Assembly: GCA_030390025.1 (NCBI GenBank)
Contig: JASTWF010000088.1
Span: 930,001-994,000 of the forward strand
DNA: 64,000 nt
Reading direction: 5' to 3'
Source: Squalus acanthias
Lineage: Eukaryota
The stretch's first letter is position 1. Every line of letters begins with the position of its first letter. The notes under the pieces were generated by a model, which was given only the letters and a program-made list of their open reading frames with translations, did not search any database and was not told the origin of the DNA. The translations under genes and the position numbers were made by a program. Below, one piece after another: positions 49,831 through 61,004 of the stretch.

Positions 49831-51267
49831 GGTAGAATTAATTAAAAGCTTTTAGTTCGTCATGTACAAACTATTTAAAAATAAAATTACTTGTCAGAAA
49901 TGACTGGGATATAAAAGAACTGCATAATAATACATTAACACTTCAGAAACATCACTCAGTTACACGGTTATGCATCGACAAACAATCCAAAAGCCCAAGG
50001 TGAGCTGAACGAGGCATATCTATTCGTGCAATTAGTATTAATTGTAAAGTTTTCAACGTATTAGCCCATCCCTCATGTCACTATAGCAGTGGCTGCACAA
50101 GCAGCAGGAGCAGCAGCTTTCCTATAGCGCTGACGTGCTGTACGTCCAGATATGTAATTAGAGTATTAATCACAATGCAACCAGACAACCAACAAATATA
50201 AAGTCCTGTAGTTCTTTAGTTCACAGTATTAAAAAGAATTGAACAAAAACAGGTATCCGTATTTCCAACTTCAATCACTTCTATTAATAATCGTTGTCTT
50301 CTTGAACCAGCACACCCACCATGTAACATCTCAGAAATGCAGCACTTATTCACAAGTGCAGAAAAACACACACACAATTTGCATCACCGAATTAAAAACA
50401 AAAAGCAGGAAAAGCTATGATTTAGCAGAAATAAACACCCATCTTTCTTCCTGGACAGGAGAACCAATCAGACTGACTTGGAAATGTTTACTAGTAGGTT
50501 GACGTAAAGATGTTAATTTACGAATTTCGCTTCTAATGTTTTTCTCTCAAACATTCTCCACAATATTAATCCCTGCTCTTATCACGAAAAGTGTTGAATT
50601 ATTTTCGGTACTTCGCAATGAAATAGTGGGAAACAAACTTCATTGTACTCTCAATTTTTAATCTCCTATTTCAAACATTTATACCAAATCAAAATTGTAC
50701 ATTATCAGTTTAATCAAAGTATTTTCTGTGTCTTTCTCAATAAACAAATAGTAGTTTCTTCTAAAGTAGCTTCCTGCAATTTTTATACATCATTACATAA
50801 CTCGTGTTTCTATTAACACTCCACTAAATGTTTAAGAGGAAATCTATATTTACATTATTCCTGGGACTTGTTAGGACTATAGAACGACAGACAAAATAAA
50901 ATGGTTTGTGTTTTTCCCCTTATTTGGTTCTCTTCCTAAACGTCTTAATGATATATTTTTTAAAGTCAATAAAAAGTAATATGTAACTCCTGCAAATCCT
51001 CCCCGCCCTCCCCTCAACAGCATGGTTGCATGTTTGTGTAAAGCTACTCACTTCAGTCGATCGTTCAAAATCAAATATTGAGAAATTTCAATTTTAAAAC
51101 ATTTTAAGCATTTCAGAGCCTCTTTAAAAGCGTTTGGACTTCAAGACCTGGCTTGAAACTTGTTTAGATGAGGGGAAAATTGATTTTTGCTTCTGTTTCT
51201 TCCAAAATCATATTCGAAACTCGGGGGAAAGAAATGTTTTTAACACTCGTTTTTTGTGAAAAGTTCA

Positions 51268-51346
51268 TTAAAAATCTTTAAATTCTTTCAAGTCTCGTTG
51301 CAGCTTTGACATAAGTTGCTCCAAGTTTCTCTTTTCCTCTTCAACA
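51268..51346 (-). CDS. Candidate terminal coding exon, followed by ~1.4 kb of AT-rich unique putative 3' UTR (to ~49830)
   Basis: Acceptor ttttttgttgtctgtttaacggcAG; the phase-2 frame gives VEEEKRNLEQLMSKLQRDLKEFKDF*, an amphipathic helix pattern. Confidence 0.55.
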
Positions 51347-51768
51347 CTGCCGTTAAACAGACAACAAAAAATAATAATTAAACTGAGATGAGAAGAAATT
51401 TCTTCACACAGAGGATGGTGAATCTTTGGAATTCTCTACCCCAGAGGGCTGTGGAGGCTCAGTCATTGGGTATATTCAAAACAGAAGTCGATAGATTTCT
51501 GACGAGTAAGGGCATCAAGGGATATGGCAATAGGGCCGGTGAATGGAGTTGAGGCAGAAGATCAGCCATGATCTCATTGAATGGCAGAGCAGGCTCGAAG
51601 GGCCGAATGGCCGACTCCTGCTCCTATTTCTTATGTTCTTAAACTCTAATTCCAAACGGAGCTCAAATAAGAAAGTGAATGAAGTGGTTAAACTTCCTCA
51701 GAAGGCTGTGAGGTTATCTATCCCCAGCCTTGGCGATGAGTTGGGATCAGTTTTGGAGAAGTTGTTTC

Positions 51769-52268
51769 NNNNNNNNNNNNNNNNNNNNNNNNNNNNNNNN
51801 NNNNNNNNNNNNNNNNNNNNNNNNNNNNNNNNNNNNNNNNNNNNNNNNNNNNNNNNNNNNNNNNNNNNNNNNNNNNNNNNNNNNNNNNNNNNNNNNNNNN
51901 NNNNNNNNNNNNNNNNNNNNNNNNNNNNNNNNNNNNNNNNNNNNNNNNNNNNNNNNNNNNNNNNNNNNNNNNNNNNNNNNNNNNNNNNNNNNNNNNNNNN
52001 NNNNNNNNNNNNNNNNNNNNNNNNNNNNNNNNNNNNNNNNNNNNNNNNNNNNNNNNNNNNNNNNNNNNNNNNNNNNNNNNNNNNNNNNNNNNNNNNNNNN
52101 NNNNNNNNNNNNNNNNNNNNNNNNNNNNNNNNNNNNNNNNNNNNNNNNNNNNNNNNNNNNNNNNNNNNNNNNNNNNNNNNNNNNNNNNNNNNNNNNNNNN
52201 NNNNNNNNNNNNNNNNNNNNNNNNNNNNNNNNNNNNNNNNNNNNNNNNNNNNNNNNNNNNNNNNNNNN
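51769..52268. other. 500-N assembly gap (likely a fixed-size scaffold join)
   Basis: Exactly 500 N. Confidence 0.95.
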
Positions 52269-54432
52269 GTGGGATCGGGTGGTGTGAGTTGGATTGGGTG
52301 GTGTGAGTTGGATCGGGTGGTGTGAGTGGGATCGGGTGGTGTGAGTGGGATCGGGTGGTGTGAGTTGGATCGGGTGGTGTGAGTGGGATCGGGTGGTGTG
52401 TGTGGGATCAGCTGGTGTGAGTTGGATCGGGTGGTCTGAGTTGGATCGAGTTGTGTGTGTTGGATCGGGTGGTGTGGGATCGGGTGGTGTGAGTGGGATC
52501 GGGTGGTGTGAGGGGGATCGGGTGGTGTGAGTGGGATCGGGTGGTGTGAGTGGGATCGGGTGGTGTGAGTTGGATCGGGTGGTGTGAGTTGGATCGGGTG
52601 GTGTGAGCTGGATCGGGTGGTGTGAGTTGGATCGGGTGGTGTGAGTTGGATCGGGTGGTGTGAGTTGGATCGGGTGCTGTGAGTTGGATCGGGTGGTGTG
52701 TGCGGGATCGGGTGGTGTGAGTTGGATCGGGTGGTGTGAGCGGGATCGGATGGTGTGAGCGGGATTGGGTGGTGTAAGCGGGATCGGGTGGTGTGAGTTG
52801 GATCGGGTGGTGTGAGTTGGATCGGGTGGTGTGAGTTGGATCGGGTGGTGTGAGAGGGATCGGGTGGTGTGAGTTGGATCGGGTGGTGTGAGTGGGATCG
52901 GGTGGTGTGAGTGGGATCGGGTGGTGTGAGTGGGATCGAAGGTGTGTGTTGGATCGGGTGGTGTGAGTGGGATCGGGTGGTGTGAGTTGGATCGGGTGGT
53001 GTGAGTGGGATCGGGTGTGGGAGGCAGTGTGAACAATGAGGAGGATGCTAGGAGGCTACAGAGTGACTTGGACAGGTTGGGTGAATGGGCAAATGTATGG
53101 CAGATGAAGTACAATGTGGATAAATGTGAGGTTATCCACTTTGGTGGTAAAAATAGAGAGGCGGACTATTACCTGAATGGTGGCAGATTAGGGAAAGGAG
53201 AGGTGCAACGAGACCTGGGCGTCATGGTACATCAGTCACTGAAGGTGGGAATGCAAGTGCAGCAGGCAGTCAAGAAAGCAAACGGAATGATGGCCTTCAT
53301 AGTAAGGGGATTTGAGTACAGGAGTGGGGAGGTGATGCTGCAGTTGTACAGGGCCTTGGTGAGGCCACACCTGGAGTATTGTGCGCAGTTTTGGTCTCCT
53401 AACTTAAGGAAGGACATTCTTGCTATTGAGGGAGTGCAGCGAAGGTTCACTAGATTGATTCCTGGGATGGCCGGTCTGACATATCAAGAAAGATTGGGTC
53501 AACTGAACTTGTATCCTCTGGAGTTCAGAAGAATGAGGGGGGATCTTATAGAGACATTTAAAATCCTGACTGGTTTAGACAAATTAGATGCGGGCAGAAT
53601 GTTCCCAATGTTAGGGAAAACTAGAACCAGGGGTCACAGTCTAAGGATTAAGGGGAAGCCATTTAAGACTGAGCTGAGGAGGAACTTCTTCACCCAGAGA
53701 GTGGTGAATCTATGGAATTCTCTTCCACAGAAGGTTGTTGAGGCCAGTTCGCTAAATATATTCAAAAGGGAGTTAGATATAACACTCACAACTAGGGGGA
53801 TCAAGGGGTATGGCGAGAAAGCAGGAATGGGGTACTGAGGTAGCATGTTCAGCCATGAACGCATTGAATGGCGGTGCAGGCTCGAAGGACCGAATAGTCT
53901 ACTCCTGTACCTATTTTCTATGTTTCTATGTTTCTATGTGTGAGTTGGATCGGGTGGTGTGAGTTGGATCGGGTGGTGTGAGAGGGATCGGGTGGTGTGA
54001 GTTGGATCGGGTGGTGTGAGTGGGATCGGGTGGTGTGAGTGGGATCGGGTGGTGTGAGTTGGATCGGGTGGTGTGAGCTGGATCGGGTGGTGTGAGTTGG
54101 ATCGGGTGGTGTGAGTTGGATCGGGTGGTGTGAGTGGGATCGGGTGGTGTGAGTTGGATCGGGTGGTGTGAGCTGGATCGGGTGGTGTGAGTTGGATCGG
54201 GTGGTGTGAGTTGGATCGGGTGGTGTGAGTGGGATCGGGTGGTGTGAGTGGGATCGGGTGGTGTGAGTTGGATCGGGTGGTGTGAGTGGGATCGGGTGGT
54301 GTGAGAGGGATCGGGTGGTGTGAGTTGGATCGGGTGGTGTGAGTGGGATCGGGTGGTGTGAGTGGGATCGGGTGGTGTGAGTTGGATCGGGTGGTGTGAG
54401 TGGGATCGGGTGGTGTGAGCGGGATCGGGTGG
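52269..54432. repeat. 19-bp minisatellite split by a CR1
   Basis: Unit GATCGGGTGGTGTGAGTKG. Confidence 0.95.
53015..53936 (+). mobile_element. Young 5'-truncated CR1 inserted in a 19-bp minisatellite
   Basis: Uninterrupted ~270-aa ORF2 C-terminus to its stop at 53838; (TTTCTATG)n tail. Confidence 0.93.
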
Positions 54433-54442
54433 CAGCCATTAC

Positions 54443-54562
54443 CTGTGACTATTTTGATATAAAGCTGTCGAGACTGCAGTCTGGGATTTGCAGTGGGAAC
54501 ATTGCGAGGGCTCGCTGCTCTCCAGCTTCCTCCTACTTCTTTTGCTGTGACTTGTGACAAGT
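54443..54562 (-). CDS. Candidate internal exon, 120 nt, unidentified product
   Basis: Unique island between a minisatellite and a CR1. Acceptor catttgtttcaattttAG, donor CAG|GTAATG. Phase-2 frame is open: LVTSHSKRSRRKLESSEPSQCSHCKSQTAVSTALYQNSH. Confidence 0.6.
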
Positions 54563-54604
54563 CTAAAATTGAAACAAATGTACAAATCCTTAACGAATAA
54601 AAAT

Positions 54605-56210
54605 CCCATGGAAAAAGTTGCCCAACCGTAGCTAACAAGAGAAGTTAAAGATAGTATTAAGTTAAAAGAGGCTTATCATGTTGCCAAAGAACATGGGCCT
54701 GAGGATTGGGAGGATTTTTGAATACAGCAAAGGATGACCAAAAAATTGATAGAGAAAATAGGAGAGTAAACTGGGGCGAGACATAAAAACTGATTGTTCC
54801 CAATTTATGGGGACCATTCTAAAATCTAAGGAATTCTGGAAGATCAAAACCAATGCATCCATGTAGCCTCGCTGTTCAAGGAGGGAGAGACAACAAGGAA
54901 CTGCAGACCAGTTCGCCTGACATCAGTAGTAGGGAAGATGCTCAAATCTATTATTAGGGGCCTGGTTACAGGGCACTTAGAAAATCATATTATGATTCAG
55001 CAGAGTCAACATGGATTTATGAAAAGGAAGTCATGTTTGACAAATTTATAGTTTTTTGAGGTTCTAACTAGCAGAATTGATAAGGGGGAAGTATATTTGG
55101 TTGATGTAGTATATTTGGATTTTCAAAAATCATTCGATAAGGTGCCACACAAGAGGTTATTATACAAAATTAGGGCTCATGGGATTGGGGGTAATATACT
55201 AGCATGGATTGAGGATTGGTTAACGGACAGAAAACAGAGAGTAGGAATAAACGGGTCATTTTCGGGTTGGCAGGCTGTTACTAGCTGGGTACCACAAGGA
55301 TCAGTGCTTGGGCCTCAGCTATTCACAATCTACATCAATGATTTGGATGAGGGGACTAAGTGTAATATATCCAAGTTTGCTGATGATACAAAGCTAGGTG
55401 GGAATGTAAGTTGTGAGGAGGATACAGAGGCTTCAAGGGGATATAGACAGGCTAAGTGAGTGGGCAAGAACATGGCAGGTGGAATATAATGTGGAGAAAT
55501 GTGACGTTATCCCCTTTGGTAGGAAAAATAGAAAAGCAGAGTATTTTTTAAAATGGTGAGAGATTGGGAAATGTTGGTGTTCAGAGGGACCTGGGTGTCC
55601 TTGTACATGAATCACTGAAAGTTAACATGCAGGTACAGCAAGCAATTAGGAAGGCAAATGGTTTGTTGGCCTTTATTACAAAGGGATTGGAGTACAGGAG
55701 TAAAGAAGTCCTACAGCAATTATATAGGGCCCTGGTGAGACCACACCTGGAGTTCTGTGTAGTTTTGGTCTCCTTACCTAACGAAGGATATACGTGTCTT
55801 AGAGGGAGTGCAACGAAGGTTCACTGGACTAATTCCTGGGATAACGGGATTGTGCGATAAGAAATTGAGTAGAATGGGCCTCTATTCCCTAGAATTTAGA
55901 AGAATGACAAGTGATCTCATTGAAACATATGAAATTCTTAAGGGGCATGACAGAGTAGATGCTAGATGTTTCCCCTGGCTGGAGGGTCAAGAACCCGGGG
56001 TTACAGTCTCAGAATAAGGGGTCGGCCACATAGGACTGAGAGGAGGAGAAATTTCTTCACTCAGAGGGAATCTTTGGAATTCTCTACCCTAGAGAGCTGT
56101 GGATGCTCAGTCGTCGAGTATATTCAAGCCAGAGATCAACAGATCAGCTATGATCTTATTCAATGGCGGAGCAGGCTCGAAGGGCCTGCTCCTATTTCTT
56201 CTGTTCTTAA
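54605..56210 (+). mobile_element. Rearranged CR1 LINE
   Basis: DVVYLDFQK, QGSVLGP, FADDTK fragments. Confidence 0.88.
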
Positions 56211-56360
56211 AAGTACAGCATAAAACTCAGGTCTGTGAACTAGCAGGGCAGACGCTGCAGACTAACTGCGAACTGTAGATGAATAAACACTCTGGAATGG
56301 GTGGTGAGTGTGTGCTGCTGGTGAACATGTATTGATCGGCCAAGGGCTCTGCTGACTTAC

Positions 56361-56370
56361 CCTGTGCCAA
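56361..56370 (-). CDS. Candidate 10-nt microexon (TTGGCACAGG)
   Basis: Preceded by tcactcacatcccaactctttcactatcAG and followed by a consensus GTAAGT; converts phase 1 to phase 2. Confidence 0.4.
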
Positions 56371-56372
56371 CT

Positions 56373-56440
56373 GATAGTGAAAGAGTTGGGATGTGAGTGA
56401 GTCATGCTGATGTGAGCAGTACAGCACGGAGGGGATTTCC
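56373..56440. promoter_or_regulatory. Cluster of NF-kB, AP-1 and IRF-like motifs 3' of B2M
   Basis: GGGGATTTCC at 56431-56440, TGAGTCA at 56398-56404, GATAGTGAAA at 56373-56382. Confidence 0.35.
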
Positions 56441-56485
56441 AGTCCAACAGTCCCTGTTTACCAGAGTCAGTCCCTCTCCTTCAGA

Positions 56486-56928
56486 TGTGGCTCAGTTGGT
56501 ACCACACCTACCTCTGAGTCAGAAGGTTGTGGGTTCAAGTCCCACTCCAGGCACTTGAGCACATAAAGCTAGGCTGACACTCCAGTGCAGTGCTGAGGGA
56601 GTGCTGCACTGTCGGAGGTGCCGTCTTTCAGATGAGACGTTAAACCGAGGCCCTGTCTGCTCCCTCAGGTGGACGTAAAAGATCCCATGGCACTATTTCG
56701 AAGAAGAGCAGGGGAGTTATCCCCGATGTCCTGGCCAATATTAATCCCTCAACCAACATAACAAAAACAGATTATCTGGTCATTATCACATTGCTGTTTG
56801 TGGGAGTTTGCTGTGCACAAATTGGCACATTACAACAGTGACTATACTTCAAAAGTATTTAATTGACTGTAAAACACTTTGAGACGTCCGGTGGTCGTGA
56901 AAGGAGCTATATAAATGCAAGTCTTTCT
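56486..56928 (+). mobile_element. tRNA-derived Deu-domain SINE
   Basis: Same family as 48012-48470; full head and tail. Confidence 0.85.
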
Positions 56929-57609
56929 CATTCTTTCTATCTTGCTTTTACTCTCTTTTTTCCACTGTCTCATTCCTCCATCATTTTACCTTTATTGAAA
57001 TAGTTTTCTATTTCTGTTTCTCTCCATCTGTTATGCGTGTTTTAATCTTTTAGGCCTTTTGATATTCTGTTGTTTGGGGAGCTGCACCGAGCCACACAGA
57101 GGAGGAGGCCATAAGCTCGATCCTTGGTCTCTGCTCAGTTATCACTGGCAGTGCTGTACCTGGGGGTACCTTACATTGACAGTGATCTAGGAGTTCATAT
57201 GCTGCTCCCAGTTCAGAAAAAAGAGACGCTTCAAAACTATACCAAACACCAACATAAAATCTTCAAATGCTTGAGTTAAGTGTCCCAGGTTGCAGCTTCG
57301 AATATCTTCAGGGACTGAGGTCTCCAGCTCTCAACAGATAATGAGGTGACATTTGAATCTCTCGGCCGAGAGTTTGACTGGGCCTTTCTCACACTCATTT
57401 CCTGCCTTTGTTTTAATTTGCAGGGTAACCTGGTCCTTGTGGAGCAGCTGATAGGGAAATTTCAAATCAAATTTCAAATCAAATATGAGCTAGCACTTCA
57501 CAATTTCACTGGCAGACCTGGACAAGAAGCGAAAACCATCTTAGAAATGAGCGAGACATTGAAGGTGTAATTAACAGAACCAAAAGCAAACTTACTTCCC
57601 ATCACACAT

Positions 57610-57839
57610 GTAGTTTAAGAGGTCAGATCAATTTATTTATTCGTTTTAAAAGTTTACATTTGAAGATAGGTTAAGCCAAAGCTGATTTGCTCCCCAGACG
57701 TGGTCGATTCATTCAATAATCTCACTGTGGCGTCCAGTGGCTGCCAATCATAAAGAGGAAAGAAAGGCGTGGAATTTGAATGTCGTGCTGGAACATGTCC
57801 CTTCAGTAACCAGGTCTGAGCTGTGAGACTAGAAGCTGT
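57610..57839 (-). CDS. B2M: Beta-2-microglobulin exon 3 (last codons D-S-F-stop at 57829-57839, then 3' UTR)
   Basis: Acceptor tttctttctgctttcacccacAG, then AC AGC TTC TAG, giving ...KEIQLDSF* when joined to exon 2. Overlapping AATAAATAAA on the - strand at 57632-57641. Confidence 0.85.
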
Positions 57840-58387
57840 CTGTGGGTGAAAGCAGAAAGAAACATCATAAGTCTGTGACCAAAACCCACAGCTGCCCACC
57901 AGTCAACCAGGCTTCAATTCACATGTAGGAACATGGGAATTACGAGACGGAAGACCAAGGTCCGTCTTGTCCGCCTTCTACCATCCCGGTAGTCACATGA
58001 TGCAACGATAATGGAGTTGTTGACTAATCACAGCGATCAATCTCTATCAATGAGTCTACAACAGACCCAGACCCGAGGCGAGGAAAACTCCAGTGGTGGA
58101 GAGCTTTGGGAATCTGCCCCTCCCAAATCACACTACACTCACCACACATCATGTCCAATGTTCCCTCTTATTTTTTTTTGGGTGTGCGGTCCCATTCACA
58201 ATTTCATGCATGCGTGAATCTTTACATTGAAAAAGTCGGTCCCAGAATGCGCGGGACCGGCAGAAGGGTGCGCACCTTATAGGGGAGGTTGGTCATGTCC
58301 CAAATTATTCATATACTGGATCCCAAAATATTATTTGCTGAAAGAAATCTGCCTGTTACTGTACCGCGCTGCATGATTTTAGGCGTT

Positions 58388-58702
58388 AGCTGTGGCTCAG
58401 TGGGTGGCACTCTCGCCACTGAATCAGAAGGTTGTGGATTCAAACCCCACTCCAGAGACTCAAGCACAGAAACGAGGCTGGCGCTCGAGTGCAGTGCTGA
58501 GGGAGTGCTGCTTTGTTGGAGGTGCCGTCTTTGGGGCGAGGCATTGGACCGAGACCCCGTCAGCCCTCTCAGGCGGATGTAAAAGATCCAGGACACTATT
58601 TCAAAAGAGATGGGGCGTTCTCTCCGGTGTCCTGGCCAATATTTGTCCCTCAACCATAACAGGTTACCACATTACTGTTTGTGGGATCTTGCTGTGCGCA
58701 AA
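58388..58702 (+). mobile_element. tRNA-derived SINE, diverged copy in B2M intron 2
   Basis: TGTGGCTCAGTGGG head and GTAAAAGATCC core. Confidence 0.75.
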
Positions 58703-58849
58703 GCTCGAAGGTTTAGTGAAACCACTGAGCCACAGGAACTTGGTCAGTGTAACCTGTTGATGGGCAGGTTACAGCAAATAAACACTTTATAATAGGGTAT
58801 AAGTACACATGTACACAAGTACACAACCAAGGGGTTCAGATAGTTTATA

Positions 58850-59098
58850 CAGTAATCCCTCGCCAACCGCGGGCGATACGTCCCTGAAAACCCCCGTGGT
58901 TAGTAAAACCGCGGTTGACAAATACAATATAAACACATATAAAAAGCATAAAAATCATGTTTTTTTACCTTATTCCTAAATGAAAAACCGCGGATACGCG
59001 AATTTCACGGCCGCGGTTGACAAAAATTGTCGCAGAGGGGAAACCGCGTCTACCTGAAATCCGCGTATGGCAAACCCGCGGTTGGGGAGGGATCCCTG
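58850..59098. mobile_element. Tigger-like MITE in B2M intron 2
   Basis: TIRs CAGTAATCCCTCGCCAACCGCGG / CCGCGGTTGGGGAGGGATCCCTG, flanked by TA on both sides. Confidence 0.8.
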
Positions 59099-59391
59099 TA
59101 TACAGCATAATGGATACCCGGGAGTGAGTTACAGGCTGGAATCTAATCGAGGGGCTCAGATGGTTTATATAATCGAGGCGTTCAGAGGGTTTATATACAG
59201 AATAATGGATACCTGGGAGTGAGTTACAGGCTGGAATCTAACCGAGGGTTGATGTCAGATGTTCAGTTGAGGAGGAGTCTGTGTTTGCCAGATTATGTGT
59301 GTTGGATGGAGTTTGCAACTGATGAGCTGGTACCACAGAGGGAGAGTGAGAGCTGTGTGCGTTGATGCACATTAACAGACAGATTACTCAC

Positions 59392-59664
59392 CCAGCTGAA
59401 TCTCTTTCATATCGCCGTTGTGTTGCATCTTGCAGGTATACTTCACTCCACTTTGGGGGATGAAGTCCACAAACCTGGTGAGCTTGAAGCTCCAGTCTGA
59501 CTCGAAGGAGAGGTCAGACTGGTTGGCATTGGGGATGCTGTTTCCATTCTGCAACAGCTCCAGCTTGATGTTGGGTGGGCTGAAATCTTTGGCATGGCAC
59601 AGCAGAACATTAGATTCGCCTTCCTTTGCGGGTTTGTAGGTATACACCTGCACCTGTGGAGCAG
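59392..59664 (-). CDS. B2M: Beta-2-microglobulin exon 2 (mature Ig domain)
   Basis: gtgtctctAG acceptor and G|GTGAGT donor; 273 nt, phase 1/1. APQVQVYTYKPAKEGESNVLLCHAKDFSPPNIKLELLQNG...QSDLSFESDWSFKLTRFVDFIPQSGVKYTCKMQHNGDMKEIQL has the B2M-diagnostic QVY, F-x-PP and SDLSFxxDWSF motifs and two cysteines. The leader exon is not seen and is probably beyond 64000. Confidence 0.97.
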
Positions 59665-61004
59665 CTAGAGACACACGACAGGGACAGAGTGAGTGAAATT
59701 AACAGCAACTGCATTCCAATCCATCACCAACTGGGATCTGCCAGACACTGGGGCTGAGAGATATCCATACACTGACTGGGGTCTCTCAGTCCCACTCTCT
59801 GGGAGATATCTGTACACTGACTGGGGTCTCTCAGACCTACTCTCTGGGAGATATCGTACAATGACAGGGCTTGACAGGATAGATGCAGGGAGGATGTTTC
59901 CCCTGGCTGGGGAGTCTAGAACCAGGGGTCACAGTCTCAGAATAAGGGGTCGGCCATTTAGGACTGAGATGAGGAGAAATTTCTTCACTCAGAGGGTGGT
60001 GAATCTTTGGAATTCTCTACCCCAGAGGGCGGTGGCGGCTCAGTCATTGAGTATATTCAGAACAGAGATCGATAGATTTTAGGATATTAAGGGAATCAAG
60101 GGATATGGAAATAGTGCAGGAAAGTGGAGTTGAAGTAGAATGATCTTATTGAATGGCGGAGCGGGCTCGAGGGGCTGAATGACTTACTCCTGCTCCTATT
60201 TCTTATGTTCTTATGTCTCTCAGTCCCACTCTCTGGGAGATATCCATGCACTGACTGGTGTCTCTCAGTCCCAGTCTCTGGGAGATATCCATGCACTGAC
60301 TGGTGTCTCTCAGCCCCAATGAGAGAGACAACAGACACTTAACCAAACAAAAATAAAAAGAAAGAACAGAAACAAAAGTAGATGAGAGAAAGATTGGTGA
60401 AAAAGCAGAGAAGTGTGTAAGTGGAGTAACAGTGGCAAGATGTACAGGATACTCGAAACAAAATAAACAGTGTGTGAAGAAAGATGAAATTAAAAGGCTG
60501 AACTGATGTCTGGAGCAAGCTGAATGAAGATGATGAAATGTTCTGGTGAATGAAGTGTGCAGTTCTCATGGGAGACCTCTGGTCATTGTGTGGCAACAGC
60601 ACAAACCCAACCCCTTGGCAATGGCTTTCCTGTTCACTGTTTGTACCAAACTCGCACATCAACTTCACAAACACACTTACACCATCGCTAGGCTCAGCAG
60701 GCAGAGGAATCTGTCCTGGGGATGGGGGGCTTCATAAATTCAACAGAACATTATCTGGGGAGAAGCAATAAAGACCCTCTAAGCATTGTCCAAACATCTG
60801 CCCTCCACAGTGCTCCCCCTTCAGAAAGTAATGGGTTCCTCCACCATTCCTGTTAACTATAAACGTGGTGTCTGTCATTCACTGCTCCCTACACCATGTC
60901 AAGGCTCAGTCTACTGGCACTTTGTCAAGGAATGAGACCAAAGGGAGAGCTCTTTCAGGGAGAGGGCACAGTGGCAATGGGAATGAGACTAAGGGGAGCG
61001 CTCT

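Noticed and set aside
56486-56560. tRNA-like sequences (also at ~48400-48470 and ~58390)
   Set aside because: They are heads of SINEs continuing into the family core and tail, not tRNA genes.
57424-57570. + strand acceptor-like site with a short ORF (GNLVLVEQLIGKFQ...)
   Set aside because: No recognisable homology, weak donor and no partner exons; cannot be supported.
59384-59674. Class II, second class I alpha3 or Ig constant-domain identity for this Ig exon
   Set aside because: The SDLSFxxDWSF and QVY motifs plus a three-codon exon 3 identify it as B2M.
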